From positions 64,001 to 128,000 of the forward strand of contig CAXBMO010000003.1 of NCBI GenBank assembly GCA_963977015.1: a stretch of DNA of 64,000 bases, read 5' to 3'. The DNA comes from an uncultured bacterium. GTDB lineage: Bacteria > Verrucomicrobiota > Verrucomicrobiia > Verrucomicrobiales > DEV007. Positions 29,267-40,811 of the stretch are shown piece after piece (position 1 is the stretch's first letter; the number at the start of each line of letters is the position of its first letter). The notes beneath the pieces were generated by a model that searched no databases, was not told where the DNA came from, and worked only from the letters and a program-made list of their open reading frames with translations. A program made the translations under genes and the position numbers.

Positions 29267-30670
29267 CTAGATTTCGAGACCCAGGTATTCGCGGGCGTTT
29301 CCGAAGCAAATGTTCTCAACCATGGGGCCAACGAGACTGTCGTCGTCCGGGATGAGTCCCTTTTCGACATCATCGCCAATCAGGTTGCAAAGCGTCCGCC
29401 GGAAATATTCGTGGCGTGGAAAACTCATGAAGGAACGGGAGTCGGTAAGCATCCCGATGAATCTCGAGAGAAGCCCGCAATTGGAGAGGGCGTTCATCTG
29501 CCACTCCATGCCTTCTTTCTGATCGAGGAACCACCAACCGGACCCGAACTGGATTTTTCCAGGAATCTCTCCATCCTGGAAGTTTCCGATCATGGTCGCG
29601 AACGTGAAGTTGTCCACCGGGTTGATATTGTAGATCACCGTTTTGGGCAGGGAATCGGTTTCGCTGAGTTTGCCGAGGAAGGATGACAGCGATTTTGCCT
29701 GAGGGAAGTCGCCAATCGAGTCGCAACCAATGTCCGTGCCGATCTGATTGAACAACCTGGTGTTGTTGTTGCGAATCGGTCCCAGATGAAGCTGCATGGT
29801 CCAATTTTTGGCCGAGGCCCACTGCCCAAAGAGCAACATGAGGTTTGCCGCGAATTGGGATTTCTCCTCCGGTGACGCGGGTTCGCCCGATAGGGCCTTT
29901 GCAAAGATTCTGGAGGCCTCTGCATCACTGCAAAAGTTGGCGTAACTGTGTTCGAGCCCATGATCCGAGAGTCTTCCTCCAATGCTGTGAAAAAAGTCAT
30001 GACGGCTTTCGAGAGCCGCACACAATTCTGCGTAAGTTGAGACGTCGTTGTTGGCCACCGTCCTAAGCCGATCCAGCCAGGGGTTGAACACGGACGGTTG
30101 GTCGACCATCAATGCGCGGTCGGGCCGGAAGGTCGGATAAACTCTCGTTCCGATATCGGAATCCGAAATGGACTGGTGATGTTCGAGCGAATCTGTCGGA
30201 TCGTCAGTGGTGCAAAGTGCCTTAACCTGGAAATCCTTGAGAATTCCCCGTGCGGAAAGTCGCTCGTCAGCAAGTTGCTCATTGGCCCGTTTCCAGATGG
30301 CCTCGGCTGTGGAGGGGCTCAGCAGTTCCTCAATCCCGAAGTAGCGTTTGAGTTCAAGATGGGTCCAATGGTAGAGCGGATTTCTTAATGCATTCGGCAC
30401 CGTCTCGGCAAAGGCGAGGAACTTGTCGTAAGGATCAGCGTCGCCGGTGCAAAATCGTTCCGCAGCACCATTGCTTCGCATCGCCCGCCATTTGTAGTGG
30501 TCTCCCTCAAGCCAAATCTCGAAGAGGTCGCCGAAGGTACGGTTCGTCGCAATGTCTTCCGGCGGGAGGTGGTTGTGATAGTCGAGGATCGGTTGGTCCT
30601 TGGCGAACTGATGGTAGAGCTTCCGTGCGGCGTCGGACTGCAGAAGGAAATCGTCATGAATGAAGGGCAT
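29267..30670 (-). CDS. uxaC: glucuronate isomerase
   Basis: PILDYHNHL, GDHYKWRAMR, NPLYHWTHLEL, GSGWWFLDQ, GMLTDSRSFMSFPRHEYFRR. Confidence 0.97.
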   Translation of the reverse strand: MPFIHDDFLLQSDAARKLYHQFAKDQPILDYHNHLPPEDIATNRTFGDLFEIWLEGDHYKWRAMRSNGAAERFCTGDADPYDKFLAFAETVPNALRNPLYHWTHLELKRYFGIEELLSPSTAEAIWKRANEQLADERLSARGILKDFQVKALCTTDDPTDSLEHHQSISDSDIGTRVYPTFRPDRALMVDQPSVFNPWLDRLRTVANNDVSTYAELCAALESRHDFFHSIGGRLSDHGLEHSYANFCSDAEASRIFAKALSGEPASPEEKSQFAANLMLLFGQWASAKNWTMQLHLGPIRNNNTRLFNQIGTDIGCDSIGDFPQAKSLSSFLGKLSETDSLPKTVIYNINPVDNFTFATMIGNFQDGEIPGKIQFGSGWWFLDQKEGMEWQMNALSNCGLLSRFIGMLTDSRSFMSFPRHEYFRRTLCNLIGDDVEKGLIPDDDSLVGPMVENICFGNAREYLGLEI

Positions 30671-30720
30671 CCGAAATTCTGGACCGAAGTGACCGGAGAC
30701 GCAAACGGCAATCCTCAACC

Positions 30721-30730
30721 TAACCGGTTA
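30721..30730. promoter_or_regulatory. candidate LacI-family operator upstream of uxaC
   Basis: Perfect palindrome TAACCGGTTA (AANCGNTT core), 50 bp upstream of uxaC. Confidence 0.35.
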
Positions 30731-30825
30731 ACTAGACCCAAAGAGCTGCTGAAGCCTAACAAGTAAACAAACAAGAACTGTCAAAGATGGCTTGCTTTTC
30801 GTCATTTGCGTGGCAAAGACCTAAC

Positions 30826-31164
30826 ATGAGCAAACTTGACGATGCCATCGAGGCCTGCAAAGCGCAGATGAAGAAACAGAAGATCCCTTGCAACGATGAT
30901 TTGTTGCGAGCGATTGCAAAGTCCCTCGGACCGTCTCTTTACAAGGCGGACGCAAAGCTGGTCGCAGCTGCGCAGCCGAAAGAGATTGAGGGAATCAAAC
31001 AGAAGTTTCTGATCAAGAAACTTGGACTCGAGGACGGACCGAAATTGGATGCTGCCATTGAGCATGCCATCGAAAAGATCGGCCGTTCCAATCGTGCGAA
31101 ACTCCGCCCGGTGTTTTATTACATTTTGGTAAAGAAGCTGAAGAAGGAAGACGTCTTCGCCTAA
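30826..31164 (+). CDS. DUF2853 family protein
   Basis: DLLRAIAKSLGPSLYKADAKLVAA...FLIKKLGL...SNRAKLRPVFYYILVK resembles DUF2853. Confidence 0.85.
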   Translation: MSKLDDAIEACKAQMKKQKIPCNDDLLRAIAKSLGPSLYKADAKLVAAAQPKEIEGIKQKFLIKKLGLEDGPKLDAAIEHAIEKIGRSNRAKLRPVFYYILVKKLKKEDVFA

Positions 31165-31195
31165 GCCGAGAAAAACCAATTTACAGAAGAATAAG

Positions 31196-31227
31196 AAAGG
31201 GCCAGCAATCGCTGGTCCTTTTTTTGT
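31196..31227 (+). terminator. intrinsic terminator after DUF2853 gene
   Basis: AAAGGGCCAGC-AATC-GCTGGTCCTTT followed by a T-run. Confidence 0.85.
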
Positions 31228-31468
31228 TGGTCTAAGAAATGTGTTAGACGGTGAGTGCTAATTTGGCTTTCAAAACCTTGCAAGAGTTCGGCTGATGCCT
31301 GCCTTTTGAGAAGTCGACTGTGGGTCGTTTCAAAGGTTCATTCTGAATCGAATCGCGTGTGACGGAGAAGCTTGGGCTGCTGAATCGGGCGATTTGGTGC
31401 CGCTTTAAGCTCAAGGTGATGGCGAAGGAAACTTTTCTCCCCCAATCATGAGGGAAGAATCGGGACAC

Positions 31469-31508
31469 AAAAAAGCTGGATCAAGGCTCACCCTCGATCC
31501 AGCTTTTT
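31469..31508 (-). terminator. intrinsic terminator after ftsH
   Basis: AAAAAGCTGGATC...GATCCAGCTTTTT inverted repeat with A/T tails, about 20 bp past the ftsH stop. Confidence 0.85.
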
Positions 31509-31529
31509 GAAAGATTGTTCTATTGATCC

Positions 31530-33632
<2,103 letters not shown>

Positions 33633-33748
33633 ATCCTTTGGTCGTGTATTTCCTAAATAAAATTTCGCACATTGAGTAAGAATGATTCGCTAAATCGGCG
33701 AATTCTCACAAACGCGGCGTACCGGTCTATCAACGTCCAGTTACGTTC

Positions 33749-34312
33749 CTAATTCAAGGAGAGATCGTCCGGCATGTCCGCTGCCAAACGGTGTATCGGG
33801 CTCAAATCGCGGATCAAATCACCCCAAAGTTGGGTGCCCAGGGCCTCCAAAGTAAGAATTTGCCGGGAAGGATCGGCAAGGGTCCACGTTTCGCATTCCA
33901 TTTCAGCTTCCAATTGGCCTGCCGACCACCCAGAGTAGCCAACAAAGGCCCGAACACTGAAACCTTCCTGAAGATGCTGATTGGCCTCGGCAGTCGATAA
34001 ATGACTCATGAATTGGAGCTTTCCGTCGGTCTCATTCCAGCCAAACGAGGTGAATACGAGGTTTTCCTGGCTCACTGGCCCGCCTTCAAACACGGGAACA
34101 GCATTGAGTTTCTCAAACTCGGGTTGCTCCATCAAGTCCCCGACCACGCTTTGGGTTGAGCGATTCAAGACATAGCCGATGGCACCGTCGGTTTTCGAGT
34201 GGTCCAAGAGCAAAATGACGGTTCTTTCGAAGGTCGCTTCCGTAAGTGACGGCGAAGCAACCAGAAGTTTTCCCTTCCAACTCTCTCCGCTGATAGAATT
34301 CTCCGATTCCAT
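33749..34312 (-). CDS. YqgE/AlgH family protein (DUF179)
   Basis: GKLLVASP, FERTVILL..H...GAIGYVLNR, GGPV, FVGYSGWSAGQLEAE. Start set at MESENS. Confidence 0.92.
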   Translation of the reverse strand: MESENSISGESWKGKLLVASPSLTEATFERTVILLLDHSKTDGAIGYVLNRSTQSVVGDLMEQPEFEKLNAVPVFEGGPVSQENLVFTSFGWNETDGKLQFMSHLSTAEANQHLQEGFSVRAFVGYSGWSAGQLEAEMECETWTLADPSRQILTLEALGTQLWGDLIRDLSPIHRLAADMPDDLSLN

Positions 34313-34385
34313 GATTTGTAGTGATAATGACTGTCTCCTCCTTTGCCGGTTGCGCAATTCCTGATCCGACTCACGTTGAAATCCT

Positions 34386-35435
34386 ATGGCGACCGCTCTC
34401 TCCAGTCTAAATGAAAAACTCGAAAATGGGAACGATTTGGATGTTTCCGAAGTCCAATTCATCGCATCGGAATTATTAAATGAAGGTGTGGATCCCGGCG
34501 TGAAGGCGGATCTTCTGGCCAAGCTGGCGGAAAAAGGGGAAACCGCCACGGAGATCGCGGCCTTTGTGGATGCATTTTTGGAGCGGGCAGTGAAGCCGAA
34601 TCTCGACAAAGCCTCTCTCAATGGCCTGACGATTGACGTTTGTGGGACGGGCGGCGACAAGCTCAATCTCTTCAATGTGTCCACTTCCTGCATTTTCGTT
34701 CTCGCCGCAGCGGGATTGAGCGTGGTGAAGCATGGGAATCGGGGGATTACGTCGAAGAGCGGTGGTGCTGATGTTTTGGAATCGCTGGGCGTCAAAATTG
34801 ATCTTCCTCCAGATCAGTTTGTTGAATGCCTGAAGTCGACGGGGGTTGGGTTTCTTTTTGCCCCTCATTATCATCCCGCTTTCAAAGCTGTGATCCCAGT
34901 CAGAAAAGAGCTCGCGGAGAGGGGAGTCCGAACCGTGTTTAATATTTTGGGGCCGCTGCTGAATCCCGTGAAGCCGGATTTTCAGTTGGTTGGGGTTTTT
35001 TCGGAGGAGCTGCCGCCGGTCTTTGCGGAAATTCTTGCGAAACTGGGACGCAAGAGAGCTTGGGCGGTTCATGGCAAAACGGCGGATGGTCGAGCGATGG
35101 ATGAGTTGTCGACCATGGGGCCTACGATCGTGGCCTCGATCCAGGATCAGGAGGCAGTCGAGGTGACTGAGATCTTGGCGTCGGATTTTGGGATTGAACC
35201 GCCGGCGCTGGAAGAGGTAGCCGGGGGTGACGCTGCAGCGAATGCAGCCATTCTGGAAGGCATCCTGGATGGAACGGTTCAGGGGCCGAAGCGCGATTTG
35301 GTTCTCCTCAATTCTGCGGCAGGGCTGGTGATTGCCGGCAAAGCACCAAATCTCGAAGTCGGGATTCCTCTTGCCGCGGAGATGATTGATTCCAAAGCGG
35401 CATTGGCGAAACTGGATGCCATGCGTAACTTCTGA
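34386..35435 (+). CDS. trpD: anthranilate phosphoribosyltransferase
   Basis: DVCGTGGD, FNVST, KHGNRGITSKSGGADVLE, RTVFNILGPLLNP. Confidence 0.97.
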   Translation: MATALSSLNEKLENGNDLDVSEVQFIASELLNEGVDPGVKADLLAKLAEKGETATEIAAFVDAFLERAVKPNLDKASLNGLTIDVCGTGGDKLNLFNVSTSCIFVLAAAGLSVVKHGNRGITSKSGGADVLESLGVKIDLPPDQFVECLKSTGVGFLFAPHYHPAFKAVIPVRKELAERGVRTVFNILGPLLNPVKPDFQLVGVFSEELPPVFAEILAKLGRKRAWAVHGKTADGRAMDELSTMGPTIVASIQDQEAVEVTEILASDFGIEPPALEEVAGGDAAANAAILEGILDGTVQGPKRDLVLLNSAAGLVIAGKAPNLEVGIPLAAEMIDSKAALAKLDAMRNF

Positions 35436-35508
35436 ATCACTCCGAGTGATTCAATAAGGATTCGCAAAAACGAAAAGGGCGGGGAATGCTTGTCTCATCA
35501 TTCCTAAC

Positions 35509-38500
35509 ATGACACCCAGAGTCGGAAATGAGATGATCCTGGCTTCAGCCGGATCAGGAAAGACCTACGCCCTCACGAACCGGTTCGTGAAGTTGTTGGC
35601 TCTTGGGGTTGCGCCGGAAAAGATCATCGCCCTAACGTTTACCCGGAAAGCTGCGGCCGAGTTTCTCGACGAGATCTTGAGAAAGCTTGCCAAAGCGTGC
35701 ACGGATCCGAATTTTGCCGCGGCGGTACGTGATCAGATTGAAGTTCCAGGTTTTAGTCCAGAGGTCGCGACGGGCCTTCTGCAACAAGTGGTGGGACAGC
35801 TACACATGCTTTCCCTAGGGACTCTGGACTCTTTCTTTAATCGGGTCCTCAGCTCTTTCCCGGCAGAGTTCGGGTTGTCTGCGAAATTTGACATCATGGA
35901 GCCCAATGAAGTTTCGGCGGCTCAGCGGGAAGTCTTCGCCAGTTTATTTGATGAGGATAGGTTGCATGATGCGTTTACCGAATCGTTTAAACAGGCGACA
36001 TTTGGGATTGAGGAAAAGCAACTTGTGCGAGCGTTGGATGGATTCGTCAGTCGATATCACGAACTCTACCTTCGGGCGCCCAAACGGGAGCTTTGGGGAG
36101 AGGAAAGAACCATCTGGCCGGAAGGGTGTCGCTGGCTCCGAGGGATTGGTGATGTTGATCTGGAATGCGAAGAGCTTCTCTCGAGCTTGAGTGGGGTGGA
36201 GTTCGATAAGAGAGCGTGGAAAATGTGGGACGAATTTATCGAGTTGATCAGGGAGATGAAACCGGGTAGGGCCTTGCCGAAGCCGAAGGCCCTTCAGGCT
36301 CGGCTGTTTGAAGGGTATCATGAAATCCACGAGGCTGGAGGCTTTGAAGTTTCCTTGTATGGCAAGCACTACCAGCTGGGGCATGATGTCTGCGTTCACC
36401 TTTCCCGAGTCCTTGACTACATCATGTATTGTGAGGTGTTTCCCCATGTGATGCAGACGCGGGGAATGCACACCTTGCTGGCTCTGTATGAGGCGCGCTA
36501 TCACGATCAGGTTCGCCGCGCCGGAAAGTTGGGATTCGACGACGTCCAGCTTTTGCTCAGTGGGGCGCTTCTTCCGGAGCATGCCCAATCTGAGCTTAGC
36601 TTGGAGGGCAATGACGCGCTCTTGAATATCGAATATCGTCTGGACGGAAAGTTTGATCACTGGCTCCTTGATGAGTTTCAAGACACCAGCCTGCGTCAAT
36701 GGAGCGTGATTGAGAACCTCGCTGATGAGGTGATTCAAGGCGGGGCGGGGCAGCGGAGTTTTTTCTATGTCGGTGATGTGAAGCAGGCGATCTTTGGTTG
36801 GCGTGGGGGGGATTCGCGATTGTTTCACGACATCTACGACCACTACGGAGGTGACCAGATCGCGAAGCGGCTCATGAATAGCAGTTACCGGTCTGCTCCG
36901 GTTGTGCTCGACGCCGTGAATCGGGTCTTCGGCAACAACGATCTTCTAGATGAGATGTTTCCGGAACATCGGCCGTTCGTTGATCGTTGGAAAGCATCCT
37001 GGGAAGACCATGTTTCTGAACATCTTGGGAGAGAAGGCCTGGTGCAACTCCATACGCTTCCCAAGGCGGGCTGGGAGGATACAGAACCACCGATTCTGAG
37101 GCGGGCGAAAGTCGTGGCCGAAATCTTGAATCAGATGGAGCCTCAGAAGCGAAACCTGAGTTGTGCGGTTTTGGTAAGGCGGAATGAAAGCGCCGCTTTG
37201 ATCGCGGAATACCTGCGCGCCAACACGAAGGTCGCGGTGGTCGTTGATGGCGATACGTTGATCGGCTCCGACCATCCGATCGCTTCCTCCTTTCTCGCTC
37301 TCCTGCAACTTACCGCCCATCCCGGCGATACCTTGGCATGGAAACATCTCTGCATGACTCCTGCGCTACATGGAACTGCGGTTTCGGACGAGGAACAGGC
37401 TCGGAAGAAGTTGGTCGAATCCACGATCGAGGCGATTCACGACACCGGATTCTCCGGCGCCCTCAATCATTGGCTGGATCGGCTCAGCCATGGCGGGTTG
37501 GAACCTGACGAGTTTGCGGTGAGAAGGATTGAGCAACTCCGCCAGGTTACCTGCGATTTTGATCGAACCGGCAATCGCTCGGTTGGTGACTTTGTGAACT
37601 ATGCCAGGAGCGTGGTGGCAAGAGAGAGCACCGCAAAGGGCGTGGTTCAAATCATGACGATTCACAAGTCGAAGGGCTTGGGGTTCGATGCCGTGATCGT
37701 TGCGGAAATTGAATCGAACCGAGACGGCGAACTTACCGATATCGGGAATTTGGGACTCGTCTCCCATCATGAAGGGGAAGGGATCGATCGAAGGATTGAA
37801 TGGGTGTTGAGCATGCCGAGAAAGCAGGCCTGCGAACTTGATCCGACTTTAAGCGAGGCGCGGTTCAAGCTGGAGAACGAAGCTGCATTCCAAGAATTGT
37901 GTGTTCTCTACGTGGCTCTGACGAGAGCCAAATCCGCCAACTACATTGTTTGCACTGAGGGGGGCGGAAAGGCAACGATGCGGGACTTGGTAATCAAAGG
38001 GCTAACCGGGGGCAGCGAAGTCAGAGAACCCTCCTCGAACGAAAAGGCTGAGGCGCGAGTCGATTACGAGGCCGGAAACTGTGAGTGGTACGCGGCTTCC
38101 GAATTCGATTCCACGGAAGATGAGGGCCAGGTTCATCAGGAAGAACGCCAGCAATCGATTCATCGGCGGAGATTCAATCTTCTCAGGCGGGAAATGCCCT
38201 CAAGCGCAGCCGATGAAAGCCAAGACCCCAAAATTGGAGCGAGGTTTGTCTTTCTGCCAGGGACGATTCGAGCGGCTGAATATGGGACTACGGTCCATGA
38301 ACTTTTTGAGGTCTTTCCTTGGATCGAAGAGCAGTCCCCTGATGAGATCCGGGAGATTCTCACTACGCAAATCGATGAAAACGATCCAACTCAGGCGCTC
38401 GCAAGAGACGAGGTGCTGACGAATCTTACCACTCCCGAAGTCGCCTCCATTTTTCGAAAAGGCAACTACTCCGCCAATCCCGTGGCGTGGTTGGAGAAGC

Positions 38501-38787
38501 GATTCGAGCTGATCGACAACGGAAAATGGGTCTCAGGAACGTTTGATCGCGTGGTGTTCCAGCGGGACAAGAACGGGAAGCCGGTCTCTGCGGACGTTTA
38601 TGATTTCAAGACGAACAAGGTTCGCACTGAAGAAGAGGTCGCCGAGGCGTGTAGTCACTATGCTCCTCAGCTCGCCATTTACCGTCTGGCCCTCAGTCGA
38701 CTCCTGGGGATCGCCGAAGGCGAGGTGAGGTCCCACCTGATTTTTACTCGCATGGCGAAGGTGATCGAGGTCGCGGACCCGTTTTGA
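35509..38787 (+). CDS. UvrD-family helicase with C-terminal PD-(D/E)xK nuclease (AddA/RecB-like)
   Basis: ASAGSGKT, TFTRKAA, DEFQD, VGDVKQAIFGWRG, MTIHKSKGL, LYVALTRA. Nuclease motifs GTFDRV...DFKT...QLAIY. Confidence 0.92.
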   Translation: MTPRVGNEMILASAGSGKTYALTNRFVKLLALGVAPEKIIALTFTRKAAAEFLDEILRKLAKACTDPNFAAAVRDQIEVPGFSPEVATGLLQQVVGQLHMLSLGTLDSFFNRVLSSFPAEFGLSAKFDIMEPNEVSAAQREVFASLFDEDRLHDAFTESFKQATFGIEEKQLVRALDGFVSRYHELYLRAPKRELWGEERTIWPEGCRWLRGIGDVDLECEELLSSLSGVEFDKRAWKMWDEFIELIREMKPGRALPKPKALQARLFEGYHEIHEAGGFEVSLYGKHYQLGHDVCVHLSRVLDYIMYCEVFPHVMQTRGMHTLLALYEARYHDQVRRAGKLGFDDVQLLLSGALLPEHAQSELSLEGNDALLNIEYRLDGKFDHWLLDEFQDTSLRQWSVIENLADEVIQGGAGQRSFFYVGDVKQAIFGWRGGDSRLFHDIYDHYGGDQIAKRLMNSSYRSAPVVLDAVNRVFGNNDLLDEMFPEHRPFVDRWKASWEDHVSEHLGREGLVQLHTLPKAGWEDTEPPILRRAKVVAEILNQMEPQKRNLSCAVLVRRNESAALIAEYLRANTKVAVVVDGDTLIGSDHPIASSFLALLQLTAHPGDTLAWKHLCMTPALHGTAVSDEEQARKKLVESTIEAIHDTGFSGALNHWLDRLSHGGLEPDEFAVRRIEQLRQVTCDFDRTGNRSVGDFVNYARSVVARESTAKGVVQIMTIHKSKGLGFDAVIVAEIESNRDGELTDIGNLGLVSHHEGEGIDRRIEWVLSMPRKQACELDPTLSEARFKLENEAAFQELCVLYVALTRAKSANYIVCTEGGGKATMRDLVIKGLTGGSEVREPSSNEKAEARVDYEAGNCEWYAASEFDSTEDEGQVHQEERQQSIHRRRFNLLRREMPSSAADESQDPKIGARFVFLPGTIRAAEYGTTVHELFEVFPWIEEQSPDEIREILTTQIDENDPTQALARDEVLTNLTTPEVASIFRKGNYSANPVAWLEKRFELIDNGKWVSGTFDRVVFQRDKNGKPVSADVYDFKTNKVRTEEEVAEACSHYAPQLAIYRLALSRLLGIAEGEVRSHLIFTRMAKVIEVADPF

Positions 38788-38788
38788 T

Positions 38789-40726
38789 CTAGGCAGCTGT
38801 GCGGGCGTCTTCGATCGCGGCATGCACGGCTATCGAAAGGGCTGCCCCACATTGGGCGAGGTAACCGCCATGAAGGTACTGTTCGTCGCCTTGATCTTCA
38901 CGGGTTGCCAGTAATCGAAAATCAGCCGGCATTGCTCCAATCGTGACGGACGCGCCATCTCCGGCGGTCTCTCTTCCAAGCCACCCGAGTCCAAAACGGA
39001 AACCGGATTCAAGCACTGCTTCATCCAGGCTTCGGCAATTTCGCCCCAGAAGATCCTGGACGATACAAACTCTCTGCAGTTCCCAGACCTCGGTTAACAA
39101 ATCGACTTCGACTTCTGCAAAACACGCTGCCGAAACAAAGCTTTGAAACGGTGTGCCGACGAATTCAGCAGGATTCCAATCTCTGGAAGAAGGAGAGAAA
39201 AGGCCAATCGCGGTGAGAGGCGCCTGTCCTGACTTCTTTGCTGCGAGGATCTTTTCGCAAGCATCGATCGTAGCGCGAATCGATAAGCCAACCTCCGCTG
39301 AGGGAATGGCCGGTGTCGGATTGGTTAGTCCGGCAAGTGAAGCCGGGTGGAGAGAAATACTTCCCGGCGAAACGCCCAGCTGCTCAATCACAGTCTGTCG
39401 CACGCGGGCCAACATTGTGAAATCCGAACGCCCGCCGGGAACGTGTAATTGAACGGATCCATCTTCACAGATATTCAAAAGAACGGAAGCCTTCGCCGGA
39501 ATGGTATGTGGGCCTGCGATGCCCAGCTTCACCGGAACCGCCGCGATACCGCGTTTTCGAGTGGCACTCCTTTCGTTCCACTCCATGGCTTTTTGGCGGC
39601 TGGCGGGCAGTCCGACGGCGTGGGTCAAGGTCTTCCAACTTTCCGATACTCTGGCGGAATTCAGTTTCTGGCGATAGAACGTCTTCGCGTCTTCGGGATA
39701 CAAGTTGCGCTCCCTGACGGTTTCAGGCTCAAGTTCGAGGGCGTTTGCAACTTGGGAAATCACTTCTTCCATGATGAAGATTCCCTCGGAAGAGCCATCC
39801 CCGATGATGGGCGAAGCGGGCGCGAAGTTCGTCTTACAGAGTTGTGCCTCCAACTCCACGTTCTTGATATGATAGGCATTATCGAGATGAAGAAGGGTAT
39901 TGGTAAGCGTCGTCTCTGCCCCGAGATCATAGGCACCGGCATCCAACCAAACCTTGCACCGCAGGCCGTGGAGCTTCCCATCTTCATCGAACGATACATC
40001 AAACTGCGAATAAACTGGACGCCGCTGACCTGAAGATCGCAAATCTTCCGAATGCGTCAGTTCCAACCTGACCGGGCGTTCCATCTTGGTGGCTGCAATG
40101 GCAATCAGAATGGCCCAGTAGTGGCTGGAAAGTTCCTTGCCACGCAGATTGGAATTCAAGGCGGTGTTCTCAACCTGAATACGATTCTCGGTTGAGCCCA
40201 GGTATCTTGCGACAGCGGCGCGAACACCGTCCGGATCTTCTGTTTCAAGTTTGATCTGAAGACCGTCAAGAACGGGAATCGCTTCGACCCGGACGGGATT
40301 CGGGTAATGGAGATACTGGTTGGGAGTGGACACTTTGCCGGATAGTTCCCTCGCGGGCCAATCCGGCCATTTCCCCACCTTTACCTGCCGCTTCTTTCCG
40401 AAGGTGGATCCTATCGCGGCGGCTTGTTCGCAGTCCTGAATGGGATGCAACGGTTGATACTCGATTTCCAACGCATTGGCCGCCAGCTGGCAGACCGCTT
40501 TCGAATCCCCCAGGATCAACGCCACCGGCTGTCCGAGATAGTCGACCTGTTCTCTGGCCAGAAGCGGTATCCCTCCTGCCCAAACACCCTCGCCGGAAAG
40601 GTCGTCGGAAAACCAGATCGCGCGAATGCCTTCGGTCGCCAACGACAAATCTTTGGCTTTCTTGGTGATGTCCGCCTTGGCATGCGGCGACATCACAATC
40701 TTGGCGTAAAGTCCGCTGCGAATCAC
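38789..40726 (-). CDS. xanthine dehydrogenase molybdopterin-subunit (XdhB)-like protein with degenerate cofactor motifs
   Basis: Hammerhead SPHAKADI and VDYLGQPVALI, LHLDNAY.I.NV...CKTN, VRERNLY, KRGIAAVPVKLGI, EVEVDLLT. Canonical Moco motifs are replaced. Confidence 0.8.
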   Translation of the reverse strand: MIRSGLYAKIVMSPHAKADITKKAKDLSLATEGIRAIWFSDDLSGEGVWAGGIPLLAREQVDYLGQPVALILGDSKAVCQLAANALEIEYQPLHPIQDCEQAAAIGSTFGKKRQVKVGKWPDWPARELSGKVSTPNQYLHYPNPVRVEAIPVLDGLQIKLETEDPDGVRAAVARYLGSTENRIQVENTALNSNLRGKELSSHYWAILIAIAATKMERPVRLELTHSEDLRSSGQRRPVYSQFDVSFDEDGKLHGLRCKVWLDAGAYDLGAETTLTNTLLHLDNAYHIKNVELEAQLCKTNFAPASPIIGDGSSEGIFIMEEVISQVANALELEPETVRERNLYPEDAKTFYRQKLNSARVSESWKTLTHAVGLPASRQKAMEWNERSATRKRGIAAVPVKLGIAGPHTIPAKASVLLNICEDGSVQLHVPGGRSDFTMLARVRQTVIEQLGVSPGSISLHPASLAGLTNPTPAIPSAEVGLSIRATIDACEKILAAKKSGQAPLTAIGLFSPSSRDWNPAEFVGTPFQSFVSAACFAEVEVDLLTEVWELQRVCIVQDLLGRNCRSLDEAVLESGFRFGLGWLGRETAGDGASVTIGAMPADFRLLATREDQGDEQYLHGGYLAQCGAALSIAVHAAIEDARTAA

Positions 40727-40811
40727 AGCGGGATCATCCTCAAAAAGTTCAAGCCGATCAAGCTTAAGGATTCACTGATTGAAGCCGTTTGAGCTGCGTG
40801 AATAGTTCCCT

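Noticed and set aside
31253-31261. GAGTGCTAA, one arm of the HrcA CIRCE element, near ftsH
   Set aside because: The other arm (TTAGCACTC, 9 bp away) is absent, and the site is downstream rather than upstream of ftsH.
34313-34795. 161-aa N-terminal extension of the YqgE ORF
   Set aside because: It is antisense to trpD. Family similarity begins only at MESENS.
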